The notes under the pieces were generated by a model. That model had not been told where the DNA came from and searched no databases. It worked only from the letters and a program-made list of their open reading frames with translations. From Octopus bimaculoides (Eukaryota), in contig NC_068984.1 of the NCBI RefSeq assembly GCF_001194135.2, positions 91,106,204 to 91,153,135 of the forward strand: a DNA stretch of 46,932 nucleotides, read 5' to 3'. Below are positions 21,901 to 31,201 of this stretch, piece after piece. The first letter of the stretch is position 1. Every line of letters starts with the position of its first letter. Position numbers and translations under genes: made by a program.

Positions 21901-24795
21901 AGAGAACCTTACTGGAGATCCTGAAGAAGATATATAATTTGGGTTTAATATCATCGAAAATAAGTCATGTTCTAATGGATAAGAAAACTAATAACCAAAT
22001 TGCAAAGATTGTTGAAGATTTTAAACTGATATCCCTTTTTAAGTAGAATGTCATGGACCATGACGTAAGCTCCTTTTAAAGCTAGGGAGATCAAAGTGAA
22101 TTTTCAGAAAATATTCTGTTTCAAGTAAGATAATCAGTTAGTCATAATTTTTACCAACATTTTACATAGATTAGTACAGATCAAGATATGATCAATATAA
22201 TCTGATTGAATTGTAGTTATCATTATCAGATTTTGGTATTATTAAGAAAAAAAATTTCCATATCTGGGAAATGTTAAAATATAATTATATGATTAAATAA
22301 GTTAAGTACTCTTTCTTGTATTACATCCCATGTTTTGTCTGATCCTGTAGCAGATTCCTCATGTAATTCCTCATTAGTTGCTAATATTCATGTTTAATTA
22401 TAAGGTGGAATGAGTCTATGTAAAGATTGAAAGAAGCAATTATTTTGTTTTTAATATTTGCTAAGAAAAATTGGCCAAAACAAAATGTTTCTGCAAAAAA
22501 AGCAACTTCTGAGGAATCTGAGACTATCATTATTGTGATCTTGTAATGATTCTTGATTTACTTTTGAGTAGTTTAATATAGACTCTTTAGATACACTTTA
22601 TTAGCTTGTTTTAAATTCTTTTTTGTTGCTTGTAACATTAGATAGGTCATTATCAAAATCTGTTGGTGGCCTTTCCATTTTTTTAATGATTAGTTCATCT
22701 TATTAAAGTGAAATCTATGCTTATTAACCTTAAAAGAAATGAACTTGGTTTTTCTTCCTTGTCTGTACCTTTGCAAAAATTTTTTTAAAAAGATTCCACC
22801 TTTAATGTTAGAGTTATGTATGTATGTATGTATATATATATATATATATATATATAATCAAAATAATTAATTTATTTTAAGCTAGAAATTAATAATTTGC
22901 ATTAAAGGTTAAAACGGCAAACCATATATATAGATTTTAAAATAATACGAGAAACAAATTATCTCTTAAGAAAACATGTTAAAGTCTTTCCTCGTGTTTC
23001 ACAATGAAATCAAAAGTATCTATATAATATGAACATCAGAAACAACTACACCCACGTCAAACTAATAATTTAAACTTTAAGTCAGGGTACTTGATTCCAC
23101 GCGAAAAATTCGAGTTTTCCTGCAAATACTGGGATGTCATTCGCGTTGTGTAATGTATCTCGGTAGATATATCGAAACTCGGCAATTTCTACTTTACTTG
23201 CGAGAATCAATCAATCTGCCTGACCGTAATTGTTATATACAAGTGCAATTCAGTCGTTGAAAGTTGGAAATATGTATTAGTTACAGAGTAACAACTTTCA
23301 GAAAATAAAGAAGTAACCTTAAAAGTTATGAAATTAAGCGAGTGACACAAATCTCGTGAAAATAAATACAAAACAAAATGAGATTTTTTTCTTTTTCTTT
23401 CTAAGCTTGATAATGATTTTAAGCTATTTATATGCAAAAATCAATAAATGGCAGCTGTTCAGATGTGTGACTTACTGCTAACAGAGATCAACGAAATCAT
23501 TTTTATATGCAATTATGTTACATAGTTAAAAGTAGGTTGGGGCTCAATAATCTTACAAATAAGAACCCTACCATAAATCACCAAAGGATTTATATTAAAT
23601 AATTGATATAATTGATAGTGCCCTTCCGACTATAATAGTAGATGTAACGACAAACGGAGATTTGGATACGTACTTTAAGTGATTAAGCAAACTGGTGATC
23701 TAAATCTGTGATTTGATCTGTTGTTTTGGGGGATATTATGCAAGTAGGCAGCCATACTAATGTGAAAGTAAAAGGATTTATCATGGTAAAACATTATTAT
23801 ATGAAAGCATAAACTGTAAAGTTTATCAAGTGCTGCAATAAATAATTAGTAATTTCAAAATGAAACTAATTATTAAAACAGTTGGCGATGTTTCTTGATC
23901 AAAACAGAAAGAGTTGATTTTCGGAGGATATTCTGAAGGGGAAAGGTTGGACTCATCTTAGACAAGAAAGGAATTAGATGAGATAATCACTATTCTTTGC
24001 TTTTATAAGGTGGTAACGGATTTTGCTTGTTTCCTTCTTGAGTAACATGTGTGTGTGTGTGTGTAAGTGACAGAGAGAGAGAGAATATAGTGTAATCAAT
24101 ATCCAGACATAAGTTCGAAATGTAAATCGAAGTATCTGAGAGGGAATAAACGGAATCGCTACTTAAGGTCTGTGAAACACTGAACTGTCAAATAACGGAA
24201 GTTGCGTTTAGGTAGCAAATACCATTACTACTATAGAAGAAGTAAACAACACCCGAATTAAGTGTGCGTGCATACACACGTGTGTGCAGACACACATACA
24301 CAGGAAATATTTCTCGTTATGTCATCTTCAGTTTTCCAAAACAGTAAAATAGTAGGGGTTTTTTTCCTAATTAGGACAGAAAAATTAAGTGATTATATAA
24401 AGCGCATGGTCGACTTAATACGTGTTAAATTTTAAAATCAGATATAAAATTTGATAATTGATTTACTTACCAAGAGAAGCTATGATTACGAGAAGCAAAG
24501 TAATAAGTCCACCGTAGAACCAGAATATTAAGAATATTATGAACAAAGCTGTAGTACAGATACTCCAGAATTTAACAACCAGTTTGAAGAGAAACAGGAG
24601 TATAAGTTTCATGTGGCCGAAACGACCCGCCCGTACTCCTAAATTATTTGTCCGCGATGTTAACCCAGAACTAGAACTGCCATCTGAGCAGGCACTCCCA
24701 AGACTGTCCAAATTCGGATTGCATCCTGATGTGGTTGACGATGATGCTGAAGAACTTGAGGGTTTTATCTCTCTTATTTTTAGTTTTACACTCAT
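2834..24795 (-). CDS. ABHD13: ABHD13-type alpha/beta hydrolase gene, 7 coding exons (last one tentative), about 404 aa
   Basis: Exons 24795-24471, 14674-14443, 12261-12161, 10374-10121, 8524-8420 and 4449-4339 splice in frame (phases 1,2,1,0,0,0) with GT-AG ends. Motifs: N-terminal TM segment, FHGNAGNIGHR, EYRGYGKS, GRSLGGAVA (Ser), SGLTDNLIPP (Asp), GTHNETW (His). Confidence 0.92.
2960..3869 (-). mobile_element. Penelope-like element 3' part (Zn linker, GIY-YIG endonuclease C-terminus, 3' flank), spans an N gap
   Basis: GQPNCATCPNLLEGSEF, frameshifted CASENLI, and QQQIAFPEYRMIPFSEHIEKC...FIIFPFY...KETFFIEKYKPKLN match the PLE linker and GIY-YIG pattern. The left boundary is approximate. Confidence 0.78.
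3546..3754. other. Assembly gap (N run)
   Basis: Run of N. Confidence 1.
3870..4132 (+). mobile_element. RTE-type LINE 3' UTR fragment ending in a (GAT)n tail
   Basis: Contains GGTTGGCGTTAGGAAGGGCATCCAGC and ends GTTAAACGATGATGATGATGA. The same sequence occurs inverted at 12344-12520, where it is attached to an RTE C-terminal coding remnant. Confidence 0.72.
4339..4449 (-). CDS. ABHD13: ABHD13 coding exon 6 (catalytic His; not in ORF track)
   Basis: Acceptor ttatacag|TCT. Encodes STVNSPLKRMALFDNGTHNETWLCPGYYECILNFIAE. Donor GAA|GTAAGC. 111 nt. Confidence 0.92.
4870..5150 (+). mobile_element. Decayed RTE LINE C-terminal fragment
   Basis: Plus-strand translation ELHQGRTNHGGQRA*YRDVLKRHMKNPGISLGTWEEKA parallels the C-terminus of the element at 1-290. 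Confidence 0.55.
5641..6528 (-). mobile_element. Internally deleted mariner transposon with both TIRs
   Basis: About 30-bp TIRs (TTGGGTCATCCCATAAATAATGCGGTTTTT; 3 mismatches between ends), with TA on both sides. N-terminal HTH (MEVTKEHIWHILLYEFNKG...LEDEP.PGR) and C-terminal QDNA...HPPYSPDIAPSDY are present. The first catalytic Asp region is missing. Confidence 0.9.
7435..7720 (+). mobile_element. tRNA-derived SINE copy A (decayed, internal deletions)
   Basis: Homologous in inverted orientation to 7760-8182 (shared GGAAACTGAAAGAAGCCC and GACTGAAACAAGTAAAAG segments). Confidence 0.8.
7760..8182 (-). mobile_element. tRNA-derived SINE copy B (full length, CpGs retained)
   Basis: Minus-strand head TGGCTGTGTGG (A-box-like) and GGTTCAGTTCC (B-box-like), internal (TA/CA)n tract, and purine-rich AAAAGAG tail. 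Further copies at 7435, 18395 and 18725. Confidence 0.88.
8420..8524 (-). CDS. ABHD13: ABHD13 coding exon 5 (catalytic Asp; not in ORF track)
   Basis: Acceptor attcacag|TTT. Encodes FPSIKRVPKITVPVMYLSGLTDNLIPPRMMKMLFE. Donor GAG|GTAAGA. 105 nt. Confidence 0.93.
10121..10374 (-). CDS. ABHD13: ABHD13 coding exon 4 (nucleophile elbow)
   Basis: Acceptor poly-T gaag|GT. Encodes GLYQDAEVAMDFL...FGRSLGGAVAIYLA...ENTFTSLP...LPYWCFKNQ. Donor CAA|GTAAGT. 254 nt. Confidence 0.94.
11100..11390 (-). mobile_element. Possible decayed GIY-YIG/Penelope fragment
   Basis: Degenerate C..C..Y.IGE.G...GH....SV-like translation on the minus strand, flanked by purine-rich low-complexity sequence. Confidence 0.38.
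12161..12261 (-). CDS. ABHD13: ABHD13 coding exon 3 (not in ORF track)
   Basis: Acceptor ttctttcag|T. Encodes LMNAYGLYTSLGCNVLMVEYRGYGKSQGSPSEMG. Donor G|GTAAGT. Its 101 nt fit the phases of both neighbours. Confidence 0.93.
12344..13065 (-). mobile_element. RTE LINE 3' end (C-terminal coding remnant, 3' UTR, (GAT)n tail)
   Basis: Minus-strand RLRWYGHVLSMDEDSCVRKCHTLTVEGTCGRG motif, followed by a 3' UTR homologous to 3870-4132. Confidence 0.8.
13105..13356 (+). mobile_element. SINE-like element (second family), B box not evident
   Basis: A-box-like TGGCTCAGTGG at 13117-13127 and a CTTTAC-type tail. Family assignment rests on recall of similar mollusc repeats. Confidence 0.5.
14443..14674 (-). 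CDS. ABHD13: ABHD13 coding exon 2
   Basis: Acceptor tttttcag|GC. Encodes GLLYHGQDMLIYYPQQP...TKDG...PTVIFFHGNAGNIGHR. Donor CG|GTATAT. 232 nt. Confidence 0.93.
17455..18385 (+). mobile_element. Mariner transposase pseudogene, 3'-truncated
   Basis: Degenerate LEDNPRSGHP, SVRWVPCL (WVPxxL-like), QSMQWK...APKKAKV...KVMTSTF*DAKG and FHQNNAPAYK. Ends at SINE copy C. Confidence 0.85.
18395..18626 (+). mobile_element. SINE copy C (5'-truncated)
   Basis: Shares GGAAACTGAAAGAAG...GCAGTCTAATGACTGAAACAAGTAAAA with copies A and B. Confidence 0.78.
18725..19150 (-). mobile_element. SINE copy D (decayed, near full length)
   Basis: Collinear with copy B from TTTCAGTCAT...GCGGCCATGCTGG to AACCACACAGCCA. 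Confidence 0.8.
21200..22700 (-). mobile_element. Possible heavily decayed Penelope-like element
   Basis: Minus-strand KGISLKSSTIFAIWLLVF near 22040-21980 resembles the PLE RT motif KG.AMG....P.FA.L. No intact ORF, and boundaries are rough. Confidence 0.33.
24471..24795 (-). CDS. ABHD13: ABHD13 coding exon 1 (Ser-rich N-terminus and transmembrane anchor)
   Basis: ATG at 24795 is preceded by an in-frame TGA. Hydrophobic FWFYGGLITLLLVIIASLG resembles the ABHD13 anchor. Donor G|GTAAGT at 24470. 325 nt. Confidence 0.88.
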
Positions 24796-25568
24796 CTTCC
24801 CCTCACAATGTTGTGAGGGTCACGTCCTGAAATGGACAGCTAATGGTGATATAGATCAGAGTAGAATCACAGTAGGTGATAAGGTCTCGGAAATAATTTT
24901 CAACTGTTTTTCAAACAGGAAATGTGCACAGAGGGAATCCACTGGAAGTTATCAGATTGACTATAGCCAAAAAATTTTCGTTGACAATGTTTAATGAAGT
25001 CTGTTGTAGTTGGTAACGATTTTTGTGTTGTTGGTAAAGCTGCTGCTTCGGGATGTAATTTTTGTGAGGCCCCTCTTTATGATGGTAAAAGTAACGCTGG
25101 TATTGCCTGCATTGGAGGCGAACCTTCGACATTGTTTGACCAGATAAGCAGCAGTATAGATTATCCACAATGTTCAATCACAAATAAAATCTGAAATATT
25201 GATATCCCAAACCATACAGGTCTTCTTGTTCTTTTCCTTTTAGGTTTTCTTTGGTTTTTATGAAATTTTTACACCATAAATATTAAATATGACAAAAAAA
25301 TTGTTATTGCTCTATTTTAAATATAACGCGGTATATTATCCAGAAAATATACAATCGAAACGCACGTCATTTTTGTGTGCAGTCTGTACACTAACGAAAT
25401 AAAATCTGCTTGAATCGTGGCAGCGTTTTAAAGCCATGTAATGTGAGTTACCTCCCGTTGACAGTAGTTATAAAATATGTTCACGCTAGGGGCGCTGACA
25501 ATTGATAGTCAATGAATGTTTTTTCCATTTCATGTTGTTTATTGTTGTCATTTATGATGCAGTTGTGT

Positions 25569-25960
25569 GGAGGCGCAATGGGTCCAGTGGTTAGGGCAGT
25601 AGACTTGTGGTCGTAGGATCGCGGTTTCGATTCCTACACCAGGCGTTGTGAGTGTTTATTGAACGAAAACGCCTAAAGTCTCACGAGGCTCTGGCAGGGG
25701 GTGGGCGAACCCTGCTGTATTTTTTTCCCACAACTTTCTCTCACTCTTTCTTCCTATTTCTGATGTACCTGTATTTCAAAGGGTCAGCCTTGTCACACTT
25801 TGTGTTACTCTGAATCTCCCCGAGAACTGCGTTGAGGGTACACGTGTCTGTGTAGTGCTCAGCCACTTACACGTTAATTTCACGAGCAGGCTGTTCCGTT
25901 GATCGTAACCGACGGAGTTGTAGTCGTCAGCATTGTTGTTTACTCCCCCAGGTCAGACCT
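25569..25960 (+). mobile_element. tRNA-headed SINE (third family)
   Basis: A-box-like GGTCCAGTGG (to 25590) and B box GGTTTCGATTCC (25623-25634), followed by a long non-tRNA body. Confidence 0.75.
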
Positions 25961-26649
25961 GAACTTCTTCCGCTGTTATAATTTCATTTTCCTCTCGGAT
26001 GATTTTCTTTCCCGAAATATACTAGACCAAAGTGTACACCTGTCCACTGCTCATTTTTAACCAAGAATTCTCAATACCCGTGAGGCAAAGACACTTTTGG
26101 CACCTCCACGCAAACTCACACTCCTGCCTGTATCATTTTGACTCGTTTTGAGGGTTGCGGGGTCATGCTTAGGCGTAAGTCAGGAGTTCACTATGTAAAG
26201 AAAAATGTTTTAGCTATAAGCTCCCAGTGATTCGTTGAGAATATTGTGTATTGCTTAAATATGTGATTAAGAATGGATGCTTTTCCCCCCAATATTGATT
26301 GTACGTCTTGAAATAGACCAGTTCTGGTGCTATACATTCCACTATGATTCCAGTATTGCTGATGAGCATTCTACAAGATTTTGTTCAGAGTATTAAACTT
26401 TTTCTCTTTATTTCTAAGGTCATAAACCCTTCTACTTCCATTCTGTCATTGGTATGCTCATACTCAAGTGTGCGGTGTGCCCATCTGGATGCCTTCCTTT
26501 CAGATTGCTATGGTGTTTTTCTTTCTTTCTAAACATGGCCAGCATACTCTACAAATTTTGAGAATAAGTTTTAGTTTTACTTGTTTTTAATGAGGAACCT
26601 CATAATAATATTAAAAAATTTATAGCATTTTGTTTACTATTAAAGTATT

Positions 26650-27480
26650 ATGGAAGTAAGATGACGCCAAAACATTTACGCTGATTAACTCTGTTTAGGT
26701 TTATACAACGAAGCTTTATGGGTAGATATGCTCTTGGAAACTAATTATGGATACTGCACATTTAGAGGAATTTCATTTACCAAATATTGAATCAAACTTT
26801 TAACACTATAGAGAATAGGAATTGGTGCTGGTATTTATAAGTTTATTCATTAGCATCATCTGCAAAATGTCTTAGTGAAGAGATAACTTTAGAGAAGTCA
26901 TGTATAATAGAAAGGTCCTAGAATAGAACCTTCAGGTACAACTGATTTAAAACCTTTCACCAATATCTGTAGCATTCTAGCATTTACTAACAAGGCTTCT
27001 ATCTATGCTGTCATCTTGTTGATCTGATAGGAATTACATTTGTATATTAGCTTACTAAAATATACTGCCCCAAAAGTTTTTGCAAATACGAATATCCTTG
27101 TCCCACCTTTCTTGTAGACCTTATACTGTTTTTTAAAAGGTGGAGTTGCAGGCTATGTCATGCTCTCAACCTATACTGACAACCGTCAATCATTTTATTA
27201 AAATCCATATGGTTTCTGATGCTCCTTATAGCTATATATTTAGCTGTTTTAAAGATGATTGATGTAATCAGTTTTGGGTATCAGACTGATTTTTGTTTCC
27301 GTAAGTATGATTGATGTTAATTTTACACCAGTCAAAAGGAACACTTGTGGTGTCCAGTGAATGTTGTAATTTTAAGTAAAATAATAAACTTTGAACTCAG
27401 TTTAGTAAATAGACTACTCCAAAATGGCACCTTGTGATAAATCAAAACTTTGTGGGTAGCCCCATGAAAATGGGTTTAAC
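26650..27480 (-). mobile_element. Decayed CR1/L2-type LINE RT remnant
   Basis: Minus-strand VPEGSILGPF and HFADDA motifs near 26940-26860, with upstream P.DW and F.KAF-like remnants. Confidence 0.6.
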
Positions 27481-28369
27481 TAATTAACTTAGTTTTTCGT
27501 GATTCTCTATGTAATGATACAACACTATTCTTCCTTTGGCTTATGTAACTATCCAACTTTATAATCACTGAGATAAGATGCAGGCTTCCAATTTCAACCT
27601 GGTTGTACAGTGATATCAGGTACTACTGTTTAGATAAAGTGGTGGCATTCAAAATTGCTTCATGCAGCAGAGTAGATACTACCACAGGTTCAGTTACATG
27701 GAGATGTATGTCATGTGGCAGAAGTGAAAGTACAGAGCCATGCACATGTGAGTGTTGTATATAAGAGGATTCACAATCTTTTGAAAATCTATGGTCTACA
27801 GACCTAAGAAGCTTTCTCTGTTGTTTAACACAAGGATGTACCTGGTCAACATGTCTAGGTCATCCCCTCAGTTACAGGCATGGAAAATGAAACTAGGCCG
27901 TTTACCAAGAATGCATTTTCCTTATCAGCCATATTTCCTAACTGTCACCAATACTAATGGTTAAGTCTCTCACATACCTTAACCCCTTTTGAGCATTCAT
28001 GATCTCCAGGATATGGTGATTAGATTGAGTAAAGCCAGGTTTAACTAAGTCTGAAGCACTCTGTAATTTATGATTTATTAATAGTTCCATAAGAAACTCA
28101 TCAGTAGTAGAGTGGAGTGTAACTTAATGAAGAAATAGAAAAGGATTTACTTGAGTCTCAGTAGTTTCATGACTTTAAATTGACAATTTTTTGAGAACTG
28201 CTTTGAAAGTTTTAGATGACAGATGATAGGGTGCAGTGATTACATATTGTTTGCTATTTAATGACATAAGCTTCTAAAATCCATGACTTGTAAAAGCAGA
28301 ACCACAGAGTGAGCTGCAAAAGAAAGATCTAAGTTCTTCAATGGTTTCTAGAGAGGTTGAAATGCCTAG

Positions 28370-29090
28370 AGGGATAGCATTTACACCCATCAAAAGCATT
28401 TTCCCCAAAATGACCCCACATTCTCTATATGTAAACAGATTTATTGTCAAGAAGGCTAAACTCAGGGATGTAATGGATTATTGACAACATATTGGCATTT
28501 ATTTTAGTCTTCTTGTCCTTATCATCCCTTACAACTGGTAATATCAGAGAAGTTCACTTAGAAATTTACAGGCTAATAAATATCTCCTTGTGCTAATCTG
28601 TCAAGCTCAATTCCTTCTTTCAGGACGATATCCTTTAATATACCTTTACTAAATATCTCACAAAACTTGTTTGTTAGAGCAGTCAATTTTTGTTACATGA
28701 CTACATCTGCATTGCTCATATGCAAAATGCTGAATAGTTTCTCCCACTTCAGTTAGAGATATTGTAGCTGATTTTAATCCAGCAGTGTCAATCCTTCTCC
28801 AGGGATGATCATAAGCACTAAGTCCTTTTCCTGGCTTTTATATCTAATGGCTACCTCAACAGTTCTGAGTGAAGTGACAGTTTCACTAGTATAAGTGCAA
28901 AGATTGGTGGTATTTGACTGGATTTGTAATGCTCTGATGGGCCATTGCTGTTAGTTGAGGGATAATTTTACTAATTACTGTCAGAGATGCTCCAATATCA
29001 ACTTCAATCGTCATAGTAAATCTATTAACACAGACATTAGTTATCATAGGATCAATATGGTGCTCCCCTACTTTATACATGAAGGACTAG
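28370..29090 (-). mobile_element. Decayed Gypsy-type protease and RT-start remnant
   Basis: ORF 28886..29080 has TIEVDIGASLTVIS (aspartic protease D-[TS]-G-like). Downstream ELDRL..G...PV resembles the start of Gypsy RT. Confidence 0.55.
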
Positions 29091-30118
29091 TTATGTTTAG
29101 GTTTTGAGCAATGAGCCCTGTGTTTTTATATTAAAAACATTCCTTATCTCAGAAAGCACAAATACTGGGAATATGTTGATCATCACATTGCTTTATGTTT
29201 TTAAATAGGTTAGTGGGAATTGCTAGAATTATCAGTGTCAGACAAAATGCCTACAGTTTATAGATATGTCTCTTTACACTCACAGTTCAATTCCTGTTGA
29301 AACCAACTTTGACAATTTTCTCTTCTTATAAAAGATCTTGAATGTGAAATAATTAAAGTAGAAGACTAAGACTTTATTTTAAGTTGAGAACAAGAATCCA
29401 TAGAGCTGGAGCTAAACTCTTTAAATTGAGGAAAGCTAAATCTTCTAGATAAGATGCTGAGTCAACATCACATGTTTTATTGTGTGAGAGGAATGTATTA
29501 GCCATGATATTTAGTGCTGTATACTTAGTCATTGAAAACCTTGGCTATAGATATAATTCTGAGCTAATGACAACATTGAGACGGCTCAAATCAATATACC
29601 TGAGTATTAAGGTATGAATCTATTTATGTGTATGTGCCTCAAAGTTAATTAGCTGACAAAGATAACTTATTGAGAAAAAAAAACATTATTATTATTACTA
29701 CAGGTTTTTAAGTAATGATTTTGTGTGACCAGTTTTCAATGGACAGATATTCTGTTTAAAATTAGGAGTTCATAAACATACAAAAAAGTGATGATATATA
29801 ATCAATAATTTTAATACAACTGACACCAATATCTCTCAGCTAGGATTGAAGGTTCTCAATTATTTGGAAAGACTGAGAACTAAAGAAATATGCTTAATGA
29901 CCTGAAAGAAAACTTGGCAAAGCCAGAAAAAATGATGTGAGACAAACCAAATCACTTGATGTTATTTTGGTAACTATTTTCCTGTTAATAATAATAAATA
30001 GATTTTATCATTTCATTAATTTGTCCTTCTAAATTATTACACACACATATGCACACGCAAAGAGAGAGAGAGAGAGAGTAATATTTGCAGAAAAAATATC
30101 AGTCTATCCAACTAAGTT

Positions 30119-30210
30119 ATATAGTAATCCCTTGACTATCGTGGGTGTTACTCTCCAAAAGCCCCTGCGATAGGTGAAAATCCGTGAAGTAGAAACAGTA
30201 CTGTATGGTA
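30119..30210 (+). mobile_element. Possible Tigger/pogo-type terminus fragment
   Basis: TA followed by (T)AGTAATCCCTTGACTATCGTGGG, similar to CAGTAxxCCCT termini. The other end was not found. Confidence 0.35.
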
Positions 30211-30985
30211 TATTTTAATTATTTTTATAATTTGTATATATTTATTTTATTATAAATGCAAATCAACACCATGGAGGAATTGACACAAGCTTAAATGATA
30301 AACCACGATATGGCAAGAGATTGCTGTATCATCATTTAATAGAGATTACTATGATAGGTACATAGAACCTAAAATAAGAGTTAAACTAAGCTTCTCAGGT
30401 CTTGGTGATGTAAATGAGTTTATTCCTTAAATCAGTGAAGAGCTAGCATAACAGTTTGTCAATAAGAGTTCAAAAGAAAAATAATTAGAAAAATTATTTC
30501 AGGTAAAGTCCTCCAACAGGTAATTTCTGGATGACAGCTACATGAATTAGCAATAAACTTTGGTATGTGAAACAGTTTTATTAAAAACATTATTTAAAAG
30601 ATATCCTGTGATACTCAGAACAATGATATTCTTAATCAAAACATTTAAACATAATAAGCATCTTGCTTCAGTATAATACATTCAAAGAGATTAAATTCAT
30701 GAACAATTTCTATAAAAACAAAGTACAATTCAACAGAGATATAATAAAAAATATAATTTTGAAAAACAAAATATATGAAAATTCTCTTTAATCATTCAAC
30801 AGTTTTCTTACATTGACTAAGTTCTTTAGTACACTAAAACAAAAGTATTTGATAGTGCAGTCAATAGACTGTTAATATTCATTGGTCACCAATTTTCACT
30901 TTAAAGCTCAACATAGAATGTTGGGATACAATCTGTCTATGACGAAGATTGGGTTCTTGGTTAAGCCAATTTTAATTAATTTTTG

Positions 30986-31120
30986 TGTTATGCAAATAAC
31001 GTTGATATAAAGAGCATGCACATTTGACAAGAAGAGAAAGAGAGAGAATGGCCATTCGGAATAACGTACAGGACTATGACTAAAAATTAGTTTCTTTGAA
31101 CCAGAATTTACTGGATGACA
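30986..31120 (+). repeat. 5' LTR (135 bp)
   Basis: Direct repeat of 34622-34761, about 90% identical by manual alignment. TATAAA near 31005. Confidence 0.92.
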
Positions 31121-31201
31121 ATCAAAGAAACTAATTTCTGAAAATACACAATTGGGAAAAGTTGCAGAGCAGTCTATACAGAAAGAAATTTGTGAAAAGA
31201 C

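Larger units (their letters stand above)
23040..26200. promoter_or_regulatory. CpG-retaining region around the ABHD13 5' end (probable promoter, first exon and first-intron start)
   Basis: By eye, CG dinucleotides are much more frequent here than in flanking non-repeat DNA, and the region brackets exon 1. Not quantified. Confidence 0.45.

Noticed and set aside
24985-25020. NRYQLQQTSL peptide shared with ORF 41729-41962
   Set aside because: Only a 14-nt exact match. In the Penelope reading frame the 25.0-kb site lacks the L(P)FLD motif and stops, so it is likely chance.
24539-25194. Plus-strand ORFs 24539-24994 and 24994-25194 as an antisense gene
   Set aside because: Shadow frames of the GC-richer exon 1 region, with no recognisable motifs or splice support.
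25569-25645. tRNA gene
   Set aside because: Has A/B-box-like motifs but no clean cloverleaf or acceptor stem, and it continues into a SINE body.
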